DNA of 64,000 nt from assembly GCA_963664705.1 (NCBI GenBank), contig OY761556.1, forward strand, positions 2,688,001-2,752,000. The letters are read 5' to 3'. Shown one piece after another: positions 1 to 9,568 of the stretch. The number at the start of each line of letters is the position of its first letter. Within the stretch, counting starts at the first letter, position 1. Origin of the DNA: Acidobacteriota bacterium. GTDB taxonomy: Bacteria > Acidobacteriota > UBA6911. A model generated the notes under the pieces. That model saw only the letters and a list, made by a program, of their open reading frames with translations. It did not search any database and was not told the DNA's origin. The translations under genes were made by a program, and so were the position numbers.

Positions 1-27
1 GACAACCTTCCTAGGTATGCACAAACC

Positions 28-1692
28 CTATTCCAGATAAGCCCCCTTATCGGCGCTTGTTACGTATTTTGCGAAATGCGCGAGATACCCTCTGGTGATC
101 TTCGGTTCTGGCCTTTTCCAGGATTTCAGCCTTTGCTGAATATCCTCATTGCTCAACTCAATGGTCAGCTTTCGCGAAGGAATATCTATTTCGATCACAT
201 CGCCATCTTGCAGAATTGCAATGGGTCCTCCGTCCATTGCCTCAGGTACAATATGACCCACGCATGGTCCGCCTGAAGTCCCCGAGAATCTTCCATCGGT
301 AATGATGGCAACGGATCTATCAAGCCCCATATCTACGAGGAGCCAGGTGGCCATTACCATTTCCCGCATGCCCGGCCCACCCTTCGGGCCTTCGTACCGG
401 ATCACCATGACATCTCCCTCTTTGACTCTGCCGGAAAGGAGAGCCTCTATGCAATCCTCCTCCTGCTCAAAAACTCTCGCCGGCCCTCGATGGGTGTGCA
501 TTTCAGGCCGCACCGCAGTCTGTTTAACGACGGCAGTTCCCAAGTTGCCCTTCAGGATGGCAATGCCGCCATTCCGGCCCTTCGGCCTCGAAAGCGGGCG
601 TATTATTTCCTCATCCCTGATATCCGCCATCAACAGATTTTCGGCTACGGTTTTTCCGCTTGCGGTGATTGCCTCTGTATCAAGAAGAGTCGCCATGGAT
701 TTCATCACCGCTTGCGTGCCACCTGCACGTTCGAAATCCTCCATCAGGTACCTGGAATCAGAGGGCTTGATCTCCATTATCGATGGTGTCTGCCGACTGA
801 TCTCTTCAAAATTATCAAGGGTAAATGGATACTCGAGTTCGTGAGCGATTGCGGGAAAGTGAAGGGTGAGATTCGTCGAACCGCTAGTCGCGCAGCATAC
901 CTTTACGGCATTGGTGAATGCCGCCCGACTCATGACATCGCGGGCTTTGATATTCTTTTCCAGCAACTCCATAACTTTGCGTCCGGCTTCTTCCGCGAGC
1001 TTTTCCAGCGCAGGATCAGTCGCGCACAGAGCGGAGTTGCCGGGCAGTGAAAGGCCCAATGCCTCCGCAGCGATGCACATACTGTTTGCCGTACCCATAA
1101 GGCAGCATGCTCCAGGCCCTGGACACACCGCACCTTCCACTTCACGCAGCTCTTCTCTTGAGATCTTGCCTTGCCGGTGCATGACGAAATACTTACCCAT
1201 GGAAGAACAGTCTAATCTCTCGCCCTTGTAACGGCCCGAAGGCATATACCCCCCGGTGAAAAGGACGGTAGGCAGGTTGCATCGCGCAGCTGCCATGATC
1301 AGACCTGGTACAATCTTGTCGCAAGTACCGATCATGACGGCCGCATCGTAACTTGCATGCTCGATCATCATTTCAACCGAAGCGGCAATCAGGTCGCGGC
1401 TTGGCAGGATATATTTGAAACCCGCGTTGCCACTCCCCTGCCCGTCGCAGGGCGCAAGCACGTTGAAGACAGTCGCCATGCCGCCGGCCTCCTGGATGCC
1501 CCGTTTTACCGCAGCTGCAATCCGGTCGAGATGATAGGATCCAGGCAGTATTTCATTCCATGTATTCGCAATCGCCACCAGAGGCTTTTCAAGGTCTGCG
1601 TCGGTTGCCCCCATCGACTTGAAGAAAACCCTTCGCATATAGTATTGAGGGACATCTGGACTTAATGCTTTGCTTCTCAGTTTTGCACTCAT
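28..1692 (-). CDS. ilvD: IlvD/Edd-family dehydratase (dihydroxy-acid or sugar-acid dehydratase)
   Basis: Motifs PCDG, SRDLIA, TCDKIVPG, GTANSM, YEGPKGGPGMREM and TDGRFSG. Cotranscribed with UxaA-like genes, so a catabolic role is plausible. Confidence 0.9.
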   Translation of the reverse strand: MSAKLRSKALSPDVPQYYMRRVFFKSMGATDADLEKPLVAIANTWNEILPGSYHLDRIAAAVKRGIQEAGGMATVFNVLAPCDGQGSGNAGFKYILPSRDLIAASVEMMIEHASYDAAVMIGTCDKIVPGLIMAAARCNLPTVLFTGGYMPSGRYKGERLDCSSMGKYFVMHRQGKISREELREVEGAVCPGPGACCLMGTANSMCIAAEALGLSLPGNSALCATDPALEKLAEEAGRKVMELLEKNIKARDVMSRAAFTNAVKVCCATSGSTNLTLHFPAIAHELEYPFTLDNFEEISRQTPSIMEIKPSDSRYLMEDFERAGGTQAVMKSMATLLDTEAITASGKTVAENLLMADIRDEEIIRPLSRPKGRNGGIAILKGNLGTAVVKQTAVRPEMHTHRGPARVFEQEEDCIEALLSGRVKEGDVMVIRYEGPKGGPGMREMVMATWLLVDMGLDRSVAIITDGRFSGTSGGPCVGHIVPEAMDGGPIAILQDGDVIEIDIPSRKLTIELSNEDIQQRLKSWKRPEPKITRGYLAHFAKYVTSADKGAYLE

Positions 1693-1701
1693 GTTACCGT
1701 C

Positions 1702-2859
1702 TCAAATATTGGGATTCATTTTGAATATGCTGAAATCTCTCTGATTCAGCCGCTCGGCCCTGGTCTCTTTGCCTGATGCGCAGGCAATTATCTCCTCGAA
1801 AACCCGTTTCCCCGCCTGGGAAATGGTTTCGTTTCCCCGGAGAACCCTGCTTACATCGAGATCCATGTTGTCCCTCATGTTAACGAAGGTGCTGCGGTTT
1901 CCCGTAATCTTGACGACCGGGGCGATAGGAGATCCGCAAGGAGTGCCTCGACCTGTCGTAAAAGCCACAATTTGAGCACCTCCTGCCACCATGGCGGTCA
2001 GCTGCTCGATGTCGTGTGCTGGAGTATCCATGTAGACCAGACCTTTTCTTGCGGGGTTACAGGCATAAGCGATTACTTCCTGGATCTGACTGCTCCCGGC
2101 CTTGTAGATACAACCCAGGGATTTCTCTTCAAGCGTTGTAATGCCTCCGGCGATATTGCCCGGTGAGGGATTGCTCTCTCGTATATTCTGGCCCGACGCG
2201 ATCGCCCTTTGCTCCCACCAAGCAACCGCTTCCACCAGCTGTTTCCCAATTTCCGGCGTTCGAGCTCTTTTCACAAGAAGGTGCTCGGCTCCGATAATTT
2301 CCGGAGTTTCAGAGAGAATTACGGTTCCTCCTTCTGCGACAATCAGGTCACTCGCAATCCCCACAGCAGGATTTGATGACAATCCTGAAGTGTAATCGGA
2401 CCCACCGCACTCTGTACCCAGGATCAATTCGGTAAGCGGTATCGGCTCACGTTCCAATCGAGCGGCCTCATTCAGCATTTCCTTTAGTATCTTTCTGCCT
2501 ACGGCTGTGGTTTTCTTCGTTCCCCTCGTTTCCTGGACTTTTATTACTTCCACCCTTTTGCCGCTGGGCGCAATTGCGTTTGCGATTTCCTCCGGTTGCA
2601 GTTCCTCACATCCATTCCCAACAACGAGAACGGAAAAGACGTTAGGACTCATTCCAAATCCGATAAGCGTCCTTCTCACCAGCGCTTTATCTTCTCCCAT
2701 CTGCCCGCAGCCCAGGGTATTGGGAAGATGAACCGCACCCTTTAATCCTCGCGCTATATCTCGTGCGCAACTCTGCGAGCAGCCAACGCTGGGAATGACC
2801 AGTACAAGGTTCCGCGTTCCCGCTCTCCCATCAGATCGACAGTAGCCATGGAAATTCAT
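1702..2859 (-). CDS. uxaA: UxaA/GarD/SuyB-family dehydratase, large (C-terminal) subunit
   Basis: GYxRxDGRxGxRN N-terminus, ECGGSD, LSETPE, NPSPGNIAGGITTLEEKSLG and FTTGRG. Lacks the SAF domain, which is encoded by the next gene. Confidence 0.88.
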   Translation of the reverse strand: MNFHGYCRSDGRAGTRNLVLVIPSVGCSQSCARDIARGLKGAVHLPNTLGCGQMGEDKALVRRTLIGFGMSPNVFSVLVVGNGCEELQPEEIANAIAPSGKRVEVIKVQETRGTKKTTAVGRKILKEMLNEAARLEREPIPLTELILGTECGGSDYTSGLSSNPAVGIASDLIVAEGGTVILSETPEIIGAEHLLVKRARTPEIGKQLVEAVAWWEQRAIASGQNIRESNPSPGNIAGGITTLEEKSLGCIYKAGSSQIQEVIAYACNPARKGLVYMDTPAHDIEQLTAMVAGGAQIVAFTTGRGTPCGSPIAPVVKITGNRSTFVNMRDNMDLDVSRVLRGNETISQAGKRVFEEIIACASGKETRAERLNQRDFSIFKMNPNI

Positions 2860-3149
2860 GAGGGCTCTCCCTTGGACTGGCTCACCACATTGTGCACATG
2901 GACGTGCTCGCCACGCCGAATCGTTTTCGTGCTCCGGCCTATCATCTCTCCGTATTTAATCACGGCTTCACCCTGGTCAATATGCCTTATCGCGAATTTG
3001 TGGCCGCTGGGGATGTGAGAAATCAACGTTATCTTCTCGATATGTTGTTCTGGCCTAATTGAAACAGTTGTGCCCGCGGGAAGTTCCACCAATGTCACTG
3101 CGACGTTGTCCTGTTCGTTGATAACGATTATTCCCGTACTTGAACGCAT
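2856..3149 (-). CDS. SAF-domain small subunit of a split UxaA/SuyA-type dehydratase
   Basis: DNVAV, IPSGHKFA, VIKYGEMIG and GEHVHVHN motifs. ATG at 3149 follows GAGGGG; 4-bp overlap with the large-subunit gene. Confidence 0.88.
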   Translation of the reverse strand: MRSSTGIIVINEQDNVAVTLVELPAGTTVSIRPEQHIEKITLISHIPSGHKFAIRHIDQGEAVIKYGEMIGRSTKTIRRGEHVHVHNVVSQSKGEPS

Positions 3150-3381
3150 GACCCCTCTCAATAAATATGTTGAGCACGGTCAGTATTTTGGGCCATCCAA
3201 GACAACCATACAAACCGCTCGGGCTATGGACGAAAATACCAGACACATAAGTCCTCCCACATAGCCGCCTCCGTTAACCGATTCTGAAGATGATAATCCA
3301 GAAAGTTAAGACCGCAAGAGTTCTGTTCCACCAATGGAAATTATGGGTTTCTCCCGGACGTTACGCTGATAGAATGAATTA

Positions 3382-3399
3382 TGTCACATCTTTATGACA
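3382..3399. promoter_or_regulatory. Palindromic operator, copy 1: TGTCACA-TCTT-TATGACA
   Basis: One mismatch to TGTCACA-N4-TGTGACA; lies in the divergent intergenic region 3150-3545. Confidence 0.7.
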
Positions 3400-3545
3400 C
3401 AGATCGTGTTAGAGTCGTGATAACAGAAGCATCCTGGACGTAATCGGCTGAAAACATGAGCGACCTGGCGACACCGGCGTTTTTTCCGTCCACGGTCAAC
3501 GCTGTCCCCAAAAAGCATGCTGGCGGCGAAGAGAGGCAATTCCAC

Positions 3546-5162
3546 ATGAAACGAGCTCTTTTATTCACAATGTGCGCAGTTCTTGTATCCGGCTTCTGCC
3601 TGGCACAGGCGCCAGCCCCTGTCACGATTGAGAGTGGATTGGTGCAAGGGACGGTTGAAGACAGCCTGACGGTTTACAGAGGCATCCCGTTTGCTGCGCC
3701 ACCAGTTGCCAACCTTCGATGGCGCGCTCCTCAGCCTGTGGCAAAATGGGATGGCGTGAAGGAAACCACGAAGTTTGCTCCTGCCTGCATACAGGGCATG
3801 ATGATGGGACCCAGCGGCAACGGCCCTGCGCCAAGCGAGGATTGCCTATATTTGAACATATGGAGTCCTGCAAAATCGGCGCGCGATCGCATCCCAGTAT
3901 TCGTATGGATCTATGGCGGTGGGTTTGCCATGGGATCCACTTCGGAAGCCACCTATAGCGGGGAGATGCTCGCCAAAAAGGGAGTGATGCTCGTAAGCAT
4001 CGCCTACCGCGTAGGACAAATGGGATTCTTCGTGCATCCGGAGCTGAGCGCCGAGACCCGAAACCGCGTATCGGGCAACTACGGCCTGCTGGATATGATT
4101 GCCGGCCTCCAGTGGATTCAAAAAAATATTGCTGCATTCGGCGGCGACCCACATCGCGTGACAATCTTCGGAGAGTCGGCCGGAGGAATCGCCGTCAGCA
4201 TGTTGTGTGCTTCGCCTTTGGCCAAAGGCCTGTTCCACGGCGCAATCTCGGAGAGCGGCGGATCGTTCGGACCACCAAGGCCCGCAACCATGCCCGGAGA
4301 GAACATGAAACGGCTGTCCGACGCGGAGCGATCGGGGACAGAAACGCTTAAATCGGCTGGCGTGGCATCCATTGCAGAGGCGAGGAAACTCCCTCCGGAC
4401 AAGCTTTCAGGCAACGGAGGCCGTGGTCCAAGCGGTTCGGCGGCTCGTGGCGGTGGCGGTCCGGCGGGTTTGACCAATTGGCCGATCGTCGACGGCTGGG
4501 CGATTCCGGATGATCAATACAAGCTATATGAATCGATGCGATATAACGATGTGCCAGTTCTAGTCGGCTACAATTCCGACGAGGGCTTGAGCTTCTCTCC
4601 TCCGCGGACGCCTGAAGAATATGTTGCCAATGTGAAGTCCCGATTCGGTCCGTTCGCCGACAAACTCATCGCGGCCTACCCTCCAGGAACAGGAACAGTA
4701 GCCAAGACTGCGCGCGACCTCATGCGCGATGCAGCATTTGGGTGGCAAACTTGGATTTGGGCGCGATTGCAATCAAAAACGGGCAAATCCAAGGTTTTCT
4801 ATTATTACTTTGATCAGCACCCGGAATATCCGGCCGACTCACCGCAGGCAGGTCGCGGATCGCCGCACGGACAGGAAGTGGCGTATGTATTTCGACATTT
4901 GAATCCGAGTCAGAAACCCACCAAATCGGATGAGACGATATCAGAGGCTATGGCTACCTACTGGACAAACTTCGCCAAATCCGGAAACCCCAATGGCACA
5001 GGCCTCCCGGAATGGCCGGCCTTCAGCGATTCCAATCCCACGCTAATGTACTTTGCTCAGACTCCTCATACAGGGCCGGTTCCAAGTGCGGATGCACTCA
5101 AAGTCATGGATCAATATTTCGCGTGGCGAAGGACTCCTGAGGGTGAAGCCTTTGTGAAATGA
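3546..5162 (+). CDS. Secreted type-B carboxylesterase/lipase
   Basis: Signal peptide MKRALL... after GAGAGG; GIPFAAPPV, SEDCLYLNIW, GESAG nucleophile elbow, NSDE acid and SPHGQE His. Confidence 0.92.
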   Translation: MKRALLFTMCAVLVSGFCLAQAPAPVTIESGLVQGTVEDSLTVYRGIPFAAPPVANLRWRAPQPVAKWDGVKETTKFAPACIQGMMMGPSGNGPAPSEDCLYLNIWSPAKSARDRIPVFVWIYGGGFAMGSTSEATYSGEMLAKKGVMLVSIAYRVGQMGFFVHPELSAETRNRVSGNYGLLDMIAGLQWIQKNIAAFGGDPHRVTIFGESAGGIAVSMLCASPLAKGLFHGAISESGGSFGPPRPATMPGENMKRLSDAERSGTETLKSAGVASIAEARKLPPDKLSGNGGRGPSGSAARGGGGPAGLTNWPIVDGWAIPDDQYKLYESMRYNDVPVLVGYNSDEGLSFSPPRTPEEYVANVKSRFGPFADKLIAAYPPGTGTVAKTARDLMRDAAFGWQTWIWARLQSKTGKSKVFYYYFDQHPEYPADSPQAGRGSPHGQEVAYVFRHLNPSQKPTKSDETISEAMATYWTNFAKSGNPNGTGLPEWPAFSDSNPTLMYFAQTPHTGPVPSADALKVMDQYFAWRRTPEGEAFVK

Positions 5163-5231
5163 GTTGTGCAGCGGCGGTACGACTTTTGAGATTTGATTCG
5201 CTCAACAATTGTGGGAATAGGGGAAATTTGT

Positions 5232-7682
5232 ATGAAAACCCAGGTAAACGAAGATTGGCTCAGGGAAATTGACAATCTGGAATTGAGTGATCGAATCCGA
5301 CAATGGCAAAAGGCCATGAAAGCTTGCCCGAGCCAAATTTATGTCGATAGACAAAGACTCGCATTGGAGTCCTGGGTGGAAACAGAGGGCGAGGACATAG
5401 AAATCCGAAGGGCAAAACTATTCAAGAAGATCGTCGAAAATGTCCCAATAAAAATACACGATTTCGATGTTCTGGTAGGACGGCTTACACCGGGGGTTAT
5501 TGGCGCAAGCACAGCAATCGATATTGTGGGGGACTATATTCCTGCTATTTGGAATGATGACGGGAAAATTCGCATTTCAGTAACAAATGATGGGACTTTG
5601 TCTAAGGCGGATTTGGAAATACTGCGAGAGAGCGCCAGCTACTTCCGCGGAAAAACTGCGCCCGATTTGGCGTACAAAGCATTGCGCTCCCTGGTTGGCA
5701 CGTGGGCCGAAGATTACGAGAGTGCAAAGGGCAAGGACCCGGTCTTAAGTTCAGGGATTTTTCCCGGAACAAGCGCAACGGTGATGTGGAAGAAGATTTT
5801 GACAAAGGGTCTGAGAAGCATCATTGATGAGGCTAAGGAACACATAAAAAACTTTGCGGAAAAGCAGCAACACGGCATAGACAAGGTCATATTCTGGCAG
5901 GCAGCCGAGATCGTTTTGGAGGCTGCAATCAACCACGCCCACCGATATGCCACACTTGCGGAAAATATGGCCGAAAATGAGGAAAACACAATTCGGCGCG
6001 ATGAACTAAAAGAGATCGCCAGGATTTGCCGGTGGGTTCCGGAGTACCCGGCACGCACATTCCAAGAGGCGCTTCAATCGCTGGCTATTGTCGGCGTGTG
6101 CAAAAACTTTGAACACCCAATGCACTGTCACCCTCACCTTGCCAGGGCCGACGAATATCTATGGCCATATTTTGAACAGGATGTTAAGGGAGGAAAGCTG
6201 ACTCTGGGAAAGGCCGCAGAGCTGCTCGAAGAGATCATCGGTCGTTGGGGAAGCCAGATTTTTGTTGCGACTTCAAGCTTCCAGCAGACACATCAGATCA
6301 ATTATGGAATTCATAATGTAGTAGTGGGTGGCGTAGATGCGAACGGGAATGAGATATCAAACGAGTTGAGCTATCTCATTCTTCACATTATAGGATTATT
6401 AAGAATGTCTTCGCCGACCGTTAGCCTTCGCTGTAATAAAAACACGCCCGGCTGGCTCCTGGAAAAGGGATTAGAGACCAACACCAAGACAAGGGGCGGC
6501 ATTCCCCTCTTTCAGAATGAAGACCACGTGATCGACAGCTTCGTCCGTGACGGGGTACCGGTAGAGGAAGCCAGGGAGTGGTTCGGTCTCGGATGCGTGC
6601 AGCCTGTCGTCCCATCCAAAGTAAAGCACTCAGGATGCGAGGGCGCCGGAACAGTAAACGTTGCGCTTGTATTGGATTTGGCCCTCCATAACGGAGTGTG
6701 TGCCCTCACGGGCAAAAAGCTGGGCATCGAGACCGGCAACCCGCGCGATTTTAGGACCTTTACTGCCCTATACGATGCGTTTAAGCAGCAGTTTTCATTT
6801 ATTGCAACGAGAACGCTTTGGTTGGCTCGCACAGTCCGCGAGATAAATGAAAAACATCTGCGGCTTCCTTTCATGTCCAGCCTGATAACACAAGGCTGTA
6901 TGGACGCAGGAAAGGACGCTCTATGTCCGGACCCGTCTTTCCACATTTTCGTCATGCAAGATCGGGCAATTGTGGATACAGCAGATTCTCTCATGGCTAT
7001 TAAGAAACTTGTATTTGATGAAAAGAAATTGACTATGGATGAGCTGATGGGAGCGATTGACTCAAATTTCGAAGGCGTAAGCGGCGAACAAATTAGACGC
7101 ATGTGCTTGGCTGCTCCAAAATTCGGGAATGATATTGACGAAGTGGATCACATGGTACGAGACCTGGGCAAATTCACCTCCGGTGTGATTCGCTCGTATG
7201 ACAATCATCCATACAGCAACTATGGCGTCGTGCGGGAAGGTTTGTCGTGGCATTATTTCGGCGGATTGGGAGTAGGCGCCCTTCCCAATGGCCGCAAGGC
7301 AAAGGAACCGCTGAACGACGGCTCCATATCACCCATGCGCGGAGCGGATGTAAACGGTCCCACTGCCGTAATTCGGTCTGCAATAAAGGCAGGATTCGAC
7401 GAAGCACAGGCATCCGTTCTCAACCAGAAGTTTTCACCCTCCGCCGTTCAAAGTCCTGAGAGCAGGAAAAAAGTGGCGGCGTATACAGGTACATTTTTTC
7501 AGAACGGCGGTCAGCACATCCAGTTCAATATAGTGGACACTAAAGAATTGCTCGATGCGAAGACAAACCCCGAGAAATACAAGGATCTGATTGTCCGGGT
7601 GGGAGGCTTTAGCGCTTACTTTGTTCAACTCTCCCCAGAGATTCAGGATGACATCATCCTTCGCACCGAGCACTCGCTTTAA
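5232..7682 (+). CDS. Glycyl radical enzyme (PFL superfamily) of unknown substrate
   Basis: C-terminal HIQFN...LIVRVGGFSAYF glycyl loop (7596-7610) and Cys loop GCVQP (6591-6605); about 816 aa from ATG 5232. Confidence 0.92.
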   Translation: MKTQVNEDWLREIDNLELSDRIRQWQKAMKACPSQIYVDRQRLALESWVETEGEDIEIRRAKLFKKIVENVPIKIHDFDVLVGRLTPGVIGASTAIDIVGDYIPAIWNDDGKIRISVTNDGTLSKADLEILRESASYFRGKTAPDLAYKALRSLVGTWAEDYESAKGKDPVLSSGIFPGTSATVMWKKILTKGLRSIIDEAKEHIKNFAEKQQHGIDKVIFWQAAEIVLEAAINHAHRYATLAENMAENEENTIRRDELKEIARICRWVPEYPARTFQEALQSLAIVGVCKNFEHPMHCHPHLARADEYLWPYFEQDVKGGKLTLGKAAELLEEIIGRWGSQIFVATSSFQQTHQINYGIHNVVVGGVDANGNEISNELSYLILHIIGLLRMSSPTVSLRCNKNTPGWLLEKGLETNTKTRGGIPLFQNEDHVIDSFVRDGVPVEEAREWFGLGCVQPVVPSKVKHSGCEGAGTVNVALVLDLALHNGVCALTGKKLGIETGNPRDFRTFTALYDAFKQQFSFIATRTLWLARTVREINEKHLRLPFMSSLITQGCMDAGKDALCPDPSFHIFVMQDRAIVDTADSLMAIKKLVFDEKKLTMDELMGAIDSNFEGVSGEQIRRMCLAAPKFGNDIDEVDHMVRDLGKFTSGVIRSYDNHPYSNYGVVREGLSWHYFGGLGVGALPNGRKAKEPLNDGSISPMRGADVNGPTAVIRSAIKAGFDEAQASVLNQKFSPSAVQSPESRKKVAAYTGTFFQNGGQHIQFNIVDTKELLDAKTNPEKYKDLIVRVGGFSAYFVQLSPEIQDDIILRTEHSL

Positions 7683-7923
7683 TAACAACCCCCCGGCCCT
7701 TCAGTCCTGGGATATCCGCTGTTCACTTGTTCCTCTGACCAGTGAGAGGCATGCTTTGAGCAGAAAAATGACCAAACCTAATCCCCATGGTATTGAATCT
7801 GTGATTCGAAGCAACTCTAAAGCCGGACACAAAGTCTTGCCTTCCGGCGGCAATGAAACGATCTTGACCAAGGTCGGATTTTTGCCTCCTTTAAGTCCAC
7901 AGCCTATGCGCAAACGAAAAGAC

Positions 7924-9372
7924 ATGGTTCAGGAGAAGGTATTCGGTTTCGAGATACCGCCAGAACCAATTCCTTCTCGTGACATTAAGAAAAATATCTA
8001 TGCTGAGGTAGTAGTGGTAGGCGGTGGGATAGCAGGGTTGAGTGCTGCCATTTCTGCAGCAGAGGCAGGAGCCAATACCGTCTTATTGGAGAAGACGGCA
8101 ACCATTCAAGCTCGCGGCCACGATAACGCTTTTATCGGTAGCCGGCTTCAGGAAAAGCTGGGAATAAAAATCGATAGAGACGAAGTCATACTAAATTTAG
8201 TGAAATATGGAGCCAATAAGCCTGACCAAAGACTAATCAGATTGTGGGCCGAAGGAAGCGGTAAAACTGCCGACTGGCTCATGGATATGACGGACGCCGC
8301 GGGTCTCGAGGTAATTATTAACCACTATCCCCCGCCTCCAGCTTTCACTCATGACAGGGAATACTATCCTCAATATTCAGTTACGCACCATTACCACAAT
8401 GAACGTCCAGTAGCCAGATGTTTACTGGATAATGCCCTCAAGAAAGGCGTTACTGCATATTTTAAAACCCGCGCAAAGCAGCTTCTGCGAAAGAAGAACG
8501 GCCGGGTCACCGGCGTTGTTGCCCAAAATGCGGATGGTGAATATCAGCAGTTCAATGCTTCCAAAGCCGTTATACTCTGCACCGGAGATTACAGCAACAA
8601 CGCTGAGATGATGGCTAAATACTGTCCGCAATCATCATACCTCGAATCCATGATACCCACTTCCAATGGAGACGGGCATATGATGGCGATGTGGGTTGGT
8701 GCAGTCATGGAACCCGGGCCGCATATACCGATGATCCACGGCCCCGCCGGTCCACTTCTCAGTTCGGCCTTCCTTCAAGTAAATCTCAAGGGAGAACGCT
8801 TTCAGAATGAAGATGTCCCAATTCAAAGTAATGTAAATGCCGTCGAGCGACAACCTGGCAGGATAGCCTGGCAGGTATTTGATTCGAAGTATCCGGAGGA
8901 ACTTCCATATCTTGGGATAGGCCTGGGGAAAATTATTATTGCAACTAAAACAATCCGGCAAAAAGTGGATAAAGCAGCAATAAAGGCCAACTCGATCGAA
9001 GAACTGGCAACGAAGATGAAAATACCGGTTGAAGCCTTTGTGGCCACCATCAGGAGATACAACGAACTGGCACGACTGGGAAGAGATCTGGACTTTGGCA
9101 AGCGGCCGGATCGCTTGTTTGCTATTGATAATCCCCCATATTGTGCGGGTAAAAGTGGTTACGAATTACTGGCTGTTTTGGGAGGCCTTAATATCAATTG
9201 GAAATTGCAGCCTCTGGATAAGGATTGGGAAATCATTCCAGGAATCTATCTTGCAGGAAATACAATGGGCAATCGCTTTGCCGTAGATTACCCAACGATG
9301 TGCCCCGGGCTTAGCCATGGAATGGCAATACACTTTGGCCGGGTTGCCGGGTTAAATGCTGCCTCGCAATAA
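7924..9372 (+). CDS. FAD-dependent oxidoreductase (flavocytochrome c / fumarate reductase / 3-ketosteroid dehydrogenase-like)
   Basis: VVVVGGGIAG FAD motif, LCTGD, GDGHMMA, GERFQNE, DLDFGK and IPGIYLAGN. Start uncertain (7906 or 7924); the upstream ORF extension overlaps the GRE gene. Confidence 0.85.
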   Translation: MVQEKVFGFEIPPEPIPSRDIKKNIYAEVVVVGGGIAGLSAAISAAEAGANTVLLEKTATIQARGHDNAFIGSRLQEKLGIKIDRDEVILNLVKYGANKPDQRLIRLWAEGSGKTADWLMDMTDAAGLEVIINHYPPPPAFTHDREYYPQYSVTHHYHNERPVARCLLDNALKKGVTAYFKTRAKQLLRKKNGRVTGVVAQNADGEYQQFNASKAVILCTGDYSNNAEMMAKYCPQSSYLESMIPTSNGDGHMMAMWVGAVMEPGPHIPMIHGPAGPLLSSAFLQVNLKGERFQNEDVPIQSNVNAVERQPGRIAWQVFDSKYPEELPYLGIGLGKIIIATKTIRQKVDKAAIKANSIEELATKMKIPVEAFVATIRRYNELARLGRDLDFGKRPDRLFAIDNPPYCAGKSGYELLAVLGGLNINWKLQPLDKDWEIIPGIYLAGNTMGNRFAVDYPTMCPGLSHGMAIHFGRVAGLNAASQ

Positions 9373-9568
9373 TGACCTAGCAGCGATATGGCAAAGGCCA
9401 TCAGCTACATTTACGGCCGCCGGATGGACGACAACTCCGATGATTGCAGTCCACAGAGTCATCGCCAATTTGATTCGCTGAGTTCACGACGCCATTGGGC
9501 TTTCTTCCGCGCTAATATGCGTTGGCAGCCCGCATCTGCAATATTTGAAATCGGACAAATCAGACCTT

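Noticed and set aside
5232-7682. Pyruvate formate-lyase (pflB) or choline TMA-lyase (cutC) call
   Set aside because: Lacks the adjacent CC pair of PFL and the GCVEP Glu of CutC; no microcompartment genes.
7591-7923. N-terminal 111-aa extension of the flavoprotein ORF, considered as a possible GRE small subunit or fusion
   Set aside because: It overlaps the GRE 3' end, has no Cys-rich motif and is not protein-like; the real start is probably 7906 or 7924.
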